Of a stretch of 27,768 nt of DNA, positions 24,284 through 27,768 are shown piece by piece; position 1 is the first letter of the stretch, and each line of letters opens with the position of its first letter. A program made the translations under genes and the position numbers. Under the pieces are notes generated by a model. It made no database searches and was not told where the DNA came from. It saw only the letters and a program-made list of their open reading frames with translations. The DNA comes from a virus (lineage: Duplodnaviria > Caudoviricetes): IMG/VR virus record IMGVR_UViG_3300038675_000378, positions 1 through 27,768 of that record, one strand, 5' to 3'.

Positions 24284-27200
24284 TCATCTTAACGCGGATC
24301 GAACCGCACCAGAGTTCGCTTTAATATAATTCAAAAGCACCTTTTCCCCAACCGAAGAATTAAGGGCTTCCGATAAGAAGCTTGGCGCGTCAATCGCATT
24401 GACGATTCGGGTGTTTAACGTCGTCCCACCGCCAGAAGGAGATAACCCGCCGTTCAAGATATTCCGAGGATCGCTCTCACTCAATACCTCCTCGCCTTTC
24501 TTCAAGATCGCCGGAACCTCATTCGCAGAAAGCCCCGGAAGCCCACCTGAGTGGAAAGCTTGCGCCCCGGAGAAAACGAAAGGACTCACTCGTTTCGTCC
24601 GATTGGCAGACCCGATGCGCTTAGAACCCACAACACCGCCCGTGTGTCCCGCCCCTGCGGCCATGTCCGACCAACCGAAAGAACTGAACATCTTCAAGAT
24701 GGCTTGTTGCGCGATCATCTTAGCGATCATTTGAAGGAACGACGATGCGAAACTCAAAAAGGAATCCTTCAACGACGAGAAAGCCTCTCCCGTCTCGACG
24801 ACCGCCTGAGCGAACGAGTCCATAAAATCGACCATGCCGCCGGACAACGCCGACCCGACATCCTGCCAAGAGAGATACATCTTCTCCGTGGCAATGTTCA
24901 TTTGCTCAGTTTCGAGGCGCATCTGGCGAAACTGTTCGATTTTCCCATCTGCGTCTTCCCCGCCCATCGCGGCATAAAACTTAATGGCATTATCAATGGC
25001 GACAACCAACTGATCGTTCAACGCCTTGATACGATCTTGCAGCTTCGTAACATTCTCGTAATCCCCACGGGCTTGCATAACAGCAAGCTGCCCTTCAAGC
25101 GCGGCGCGTTTCTGCGTAAGCTTCTCAACCTTCTCCTCGGCCTTTGCAACATCATCACGGGCGTTCTTCTGCTCGTACAGAAGGACAACCGCTTCGCGAA
25201 GCCCCGCTACTTCTGATTCTGTTAACTTGATTCCGAGCTTTTTCGCGGCGTTGATCTTCTCCTGCAAAACCTTTGCGATCTCTTGGTCAATAGCAGACTT
25301 GCTCTGAATTGATGCCTCAAACTTCATATCCGAAATGGACGCTTGAACTTCCTTTCGGAACTCCTTTATCGCATCGGCCTTCTTCTCAGCCTCTTTACGA
25401 GACTCTTCCTCTTGCTTAGCGAGATCGGGGTTCGCCGCGTACTCGCGGGCCTTCCTTATGACCTCTTCCATACCTTCGAGTTGCTGTCTGATTGACTGCG
25501 CTACGGAAGAATCTCCTTGCGCCAAACCGCGAGTCTCGACTTCCTTCTTTAACGTATTGTAGCTAGAAATAAGAGACTCAAGTTCCTTCTGCGCGGCTTG
25601 CGTATCCAGCATCTTCTTCATATCGGGGAGATACGCCCGAATCTTGTCCGCCGTATCTTTGAACTTGTTAGCGACACCCTCACTAGACAGGCCAAGCCCC
25701 TTCATCGTGTTTGCCAAAGCGACAAGCTGGTAATCCGCTTCCGTCGCCGTCTTCTTCAAAATCCTAAGACTGGCCTCCGCAAGATCGAGATTCTGCTTTG
25801 CATCCCGCGATTTGAAGACCATCTGGATCATCGGATTGACGACGTTCCTCGCCAACTTTGGATCGACCTTCGCGATGTCCTGCAACCGCTCAATGAACTT
25901 CTCCGCTTCAAGCGAACCGTTCTTATACGCCGCAATCAAAGAATTGATTTCCGCATATACGGGGGCCTTGGCTTTGTTGGAGATGTCCTGCGCCAAAAGC
26001 GAATCAGCCGAAAACAAAGAACGCTTCGCCTTCACTTCGGTCAACTTCGTAAGCAACCGACCGTACTCTTCGCGCAGCGCGGAAACCGCCTCTGTTTGCT
26101 TTCCGAGATTTTCTGTAGCCAATTTATCTATGAACGTCTCGGATAGTTTTCCAGCGGAATCCATCTCGTTCTTCATCTTATCAAGAACGTCGGTGTGATT
26201 CTTTAGGGCGATAGTAGCCTTGTTTGAGGACGTGGCAATCCGACCAAGCGCAATCGCCGCTCCACCGAGGATCACGGTCAAAGCCGCGCCTGGTAACGTC
26301 GTGCTAAATAAGAGGCGCATAGCCACGGCAAGCCCCTTTACGCCGCCAATAACTGCCGGAAGAACCGCGCCCGCCCTAACCGCGACCGCGACAAATCGTG
26401 TCATGTATTTTCCGATAGGAGCCAACTTAGACAGAAGACCAGCAAAAGCCGCCGTGGATGTCACAACGGATTGAGCGATCTTCACCCCGATGAACCAAGA
26501 GAAGAGGTCAATGAGGATTCGGAAGTTTTCAACCAGCCAAGCAACCGCATCAGCTAACACCGCAATCGCTTTAGACAGCCTTTGCACGAAGGAAATGAAC
26601 TCTCCGGATTGGAGAACGGTATTTATCCGAGCCAACGCATCGGTGAAGCCCTCAAGAAACCCCCCTTGTGCGAACGCGAGTTGCAATTTGAACACCGCGT
26701 TTTCAAAAAACCCGATCTGCGCGGTCGTGTTCATGAGGGCGCGACCGAGTTGCGGCCCAAACTTCTGTTGTAATTTATCAGCCATCGCAAGGAGCGCGAT
26801 AGCTTTTACCTCCCCATTTTGAACCGCTTTAAAGAACTCGTCCATCCGGTCTTTGCCGTAACCAAGACCTTCTGCCATCATCTGAATTGCGCCAGGGAAT
26901 CGCTCCGCCAACTGTTGACGAAGTTCTTCCATATAGACGTTCTGCTTCGTGATGATTTGCTGCACCGCTAAAAATGCGTAGCGCATATCTTCCAAAGACA
27001 GGCCGTTCACCCGTGCCGCTTCCGCCATCGAGATGAAAACTTTTCGGAGATTCTGACCCTCTAACTCCGTCCCCATCGCGGCGACCGCCAACTTCGAGTA
27101 TTCGTCGGCCAACGTGCCAACCGAATACCCCAAACGATCCGCCGTGCGCCGGAGGAAGTCTAGTTCTTGCGCCGAGCGTTTCTGGTCGCCCTGAAACACG

Positions 27201-27768
27201 ACGTTCAAACGATTCATCGTGTTCTCGATGGTCTTAAACGTGCGAACCGTGTTCCCCAAGAACTGAACCGCGCCAAACACGCCCGTGTAGGCCGCCGCAA
27301 GGGACAACAACTGCCCACGGATGCGTTGCGACCACGAAAGGGCTGTGCGAGTAGCATCGGCGTATCTCTTCTGAGCGTAGGACGCTCTGGTAGCCGCCGC
27401 CGCCGCATGATCCTGCGCGGTAGCGACCCGTGTAATGTCGGAGCTTAGGGTCTTGGTCGTTTGCTGCGTGACGCGCTGGACTTGGTTAAACGCTCTCTGC
27501 TGCGCCGTAACCTTCGCAAAAGATTCACCGAGGCGCGTGGCGTTCGCAGAAATCTTAGAAAGAACCGCCTCTTGCTTTGCGACATTCGTATTCGACTTCG
27601 CCATCTCCTGAGAGAGGCGGGAAATCTCCGTGGAAGATTTTGCGATCTGACCCGTGACCTCGGCGTACTCTTGCTTCGTCTTAATCAACGCCTCGTTTGT
27701 TGACAAAAGCCGCTTATGGAGCCGAGCTAATTCACTCTCCATTTTCTTCGTTGGCGCGGTAACGCGGC
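24284..27768 (-). CDS. Tail tape measure protein (5' end outside window)
   Basis: More than 1150 aa, Ala-rich helical/coiled-coil; EELRQQLAERFPGA; C-terminal FHSGGLPGLSANEVPAILKKGEEVL; frame stays open to the window edge. Confidence 0.93.
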   Translation of the reverse strand, partial: RVTAPTKKMESELARLHKRLLSTNEALIKTKQEYAEVTGQIAKSSTEISRLSQEMAKSNTNVAKQEAVLSKISANATRLGESFAKVTAQQRAFNQVQRVTQQTTKTLSSDITRVATAQDHAAAAATRASYAQKRYADATRTALSWSQRIRGQLLSLAAAYTGVFGAVQFLGNTVRTFKTIENTMNRLNVVFQGDQKRSAQELDFLRRTADRLGYSVGTLADEYSKLAVAAMGTELEGQNLRKVFISMAEAARVNGLSLEDMRYAFLAVQQIITKQNVYMEELRQQLAERFPGAIQMMAEGLGYGKDRMDEFFKAVQNGEVKAIALLAMADKLQQKFGPQLGRALMNTTAQIGFFENAVFKLQLAFAQGGFLEGFTDALARINTVLQSGEFISFVQRLSKAIAVLADAVAWLVENFRILIDLFSWFIGVKIAQSVVTSTAAFAGLLSKLAPIGKYMTRFVAVAVRAGAVLPAVIGGVKGLAVAMRLLFSTTLPGAALTVILGGAAIALGRIATSSNKATIALKNHTDVLDKMKNEMDSAGKLSETFIDKLATENLGKQTEAVSALREEYGRLLTKLTEVKAKRSLFSADSLLAQDISNKAKAPVYAEINSLIAAYKNGSLEAEKFIERLQDIAKVDPKLARNVVNPMIQMVFKSRDAKQNLDLAEASLRILKKTATEADYQLVALANTMKGLGLSSEGVANKFKDTADKIRAYLPDMKKMLDTQAAQKELESLISSYNTLKKEVETRGLAQGDSSVAQSIRQQLEGMEEVIRKAREYAANPDLAKQEEESRKEAEKKADAIKEFRKEVQASISDMKFEASIQSKSAIDQEIAKVLQEKINAAKKLGIKLTESEVAGLREAVVLLYEQKNARDDVAKAEEKVEKLTQKRAALEGQLAVMQARGDYENVTKLQDRIKALNDQLVVAIDNAIKFYAAMGGEDADGKIEQFRQMRLETEQMNIATEKMYLSWQDVGSALSGGMVDFMDSFAQAVVETGEAFSSLKDSFLSFASSFLQMIAKMIAQQAILKMFSSFGWSDMAAGAGHTGGVVGSKRIGSANRTKRVSPFVFSGAQAFHSGGLPGLSANEVPAILKKGEEVLSESDPRNILNGGLSPSGGGTTLNTRIVNAIDAPSFLSEALNSSVGEKVLLNYIKANSGAVRSALR

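Larger units (their letters stand above)
1..27768. mobile_element. Tailed bacteriophage (siphovirus-like) genome fragment, probable alphaproteobacterial host
   Basis: Tape measure, tail tip, endolysin and spanin genes on - strand; tightly packed small early genes on + strand; GapR and GcrA homologues; no host housekeeping genes or integrase in the window. Confidence 0.95.

Noticed and set aside
24399-27703. Multiple + strand ORFs over the tape measure gene
   Set aside because: Antisense shadows caused by codon bias in a long helical protein gene
1-27768. tRNA genes, integrase/att sites, reverse transcriptase or DGR
   Set aside because: No cloverleaf, recombinase or RT motifs, and no template/variable repeat pair seen by eye

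Overview
A 27.8-kb fragment of a tailed dsDNA phage (long non-contractile tail type), most likely infecting an alphaproteobacterium given its GapR- and GcrA-like genes. It has two convergent arms. The + strand (1-11446) opens with a GANTC-rich tandem repeat, a perfect DnaA box and a sigma70-like promoter. A dense early/middle gene run follows: DUF932, a degenerate DUF550-like protein, GapR, an MT-A70 adenine methyltransferase, a C2H2 zinc-finger peptide, a truncated C5 methyltransferase, a stand-alone LigA-Ia domain, a dATP/dGTP diphosphohydrolase, a frameshifted dCTP deaminase, a Maf/MptE-like transferase + GT9-like glycosyltransferase + SAM methyltransferase + HAD phosphatase cluster, an HNH nuclease and GcrA. 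The - strand (27768-11477) carries a partial tape measure gene, tail tip and fibre genes, an SGNH esterase and a lysis cassette (lambda-type endolysin, holin candidates, two spanins). The main points of interest are the glycosylation/methylation cluster, a possible toolkit mimicking the host cell cycle, and an acidic C-terminal tail shared by unrelated early proteins. All family calls come from motif recognition by eye; no database searches were run.
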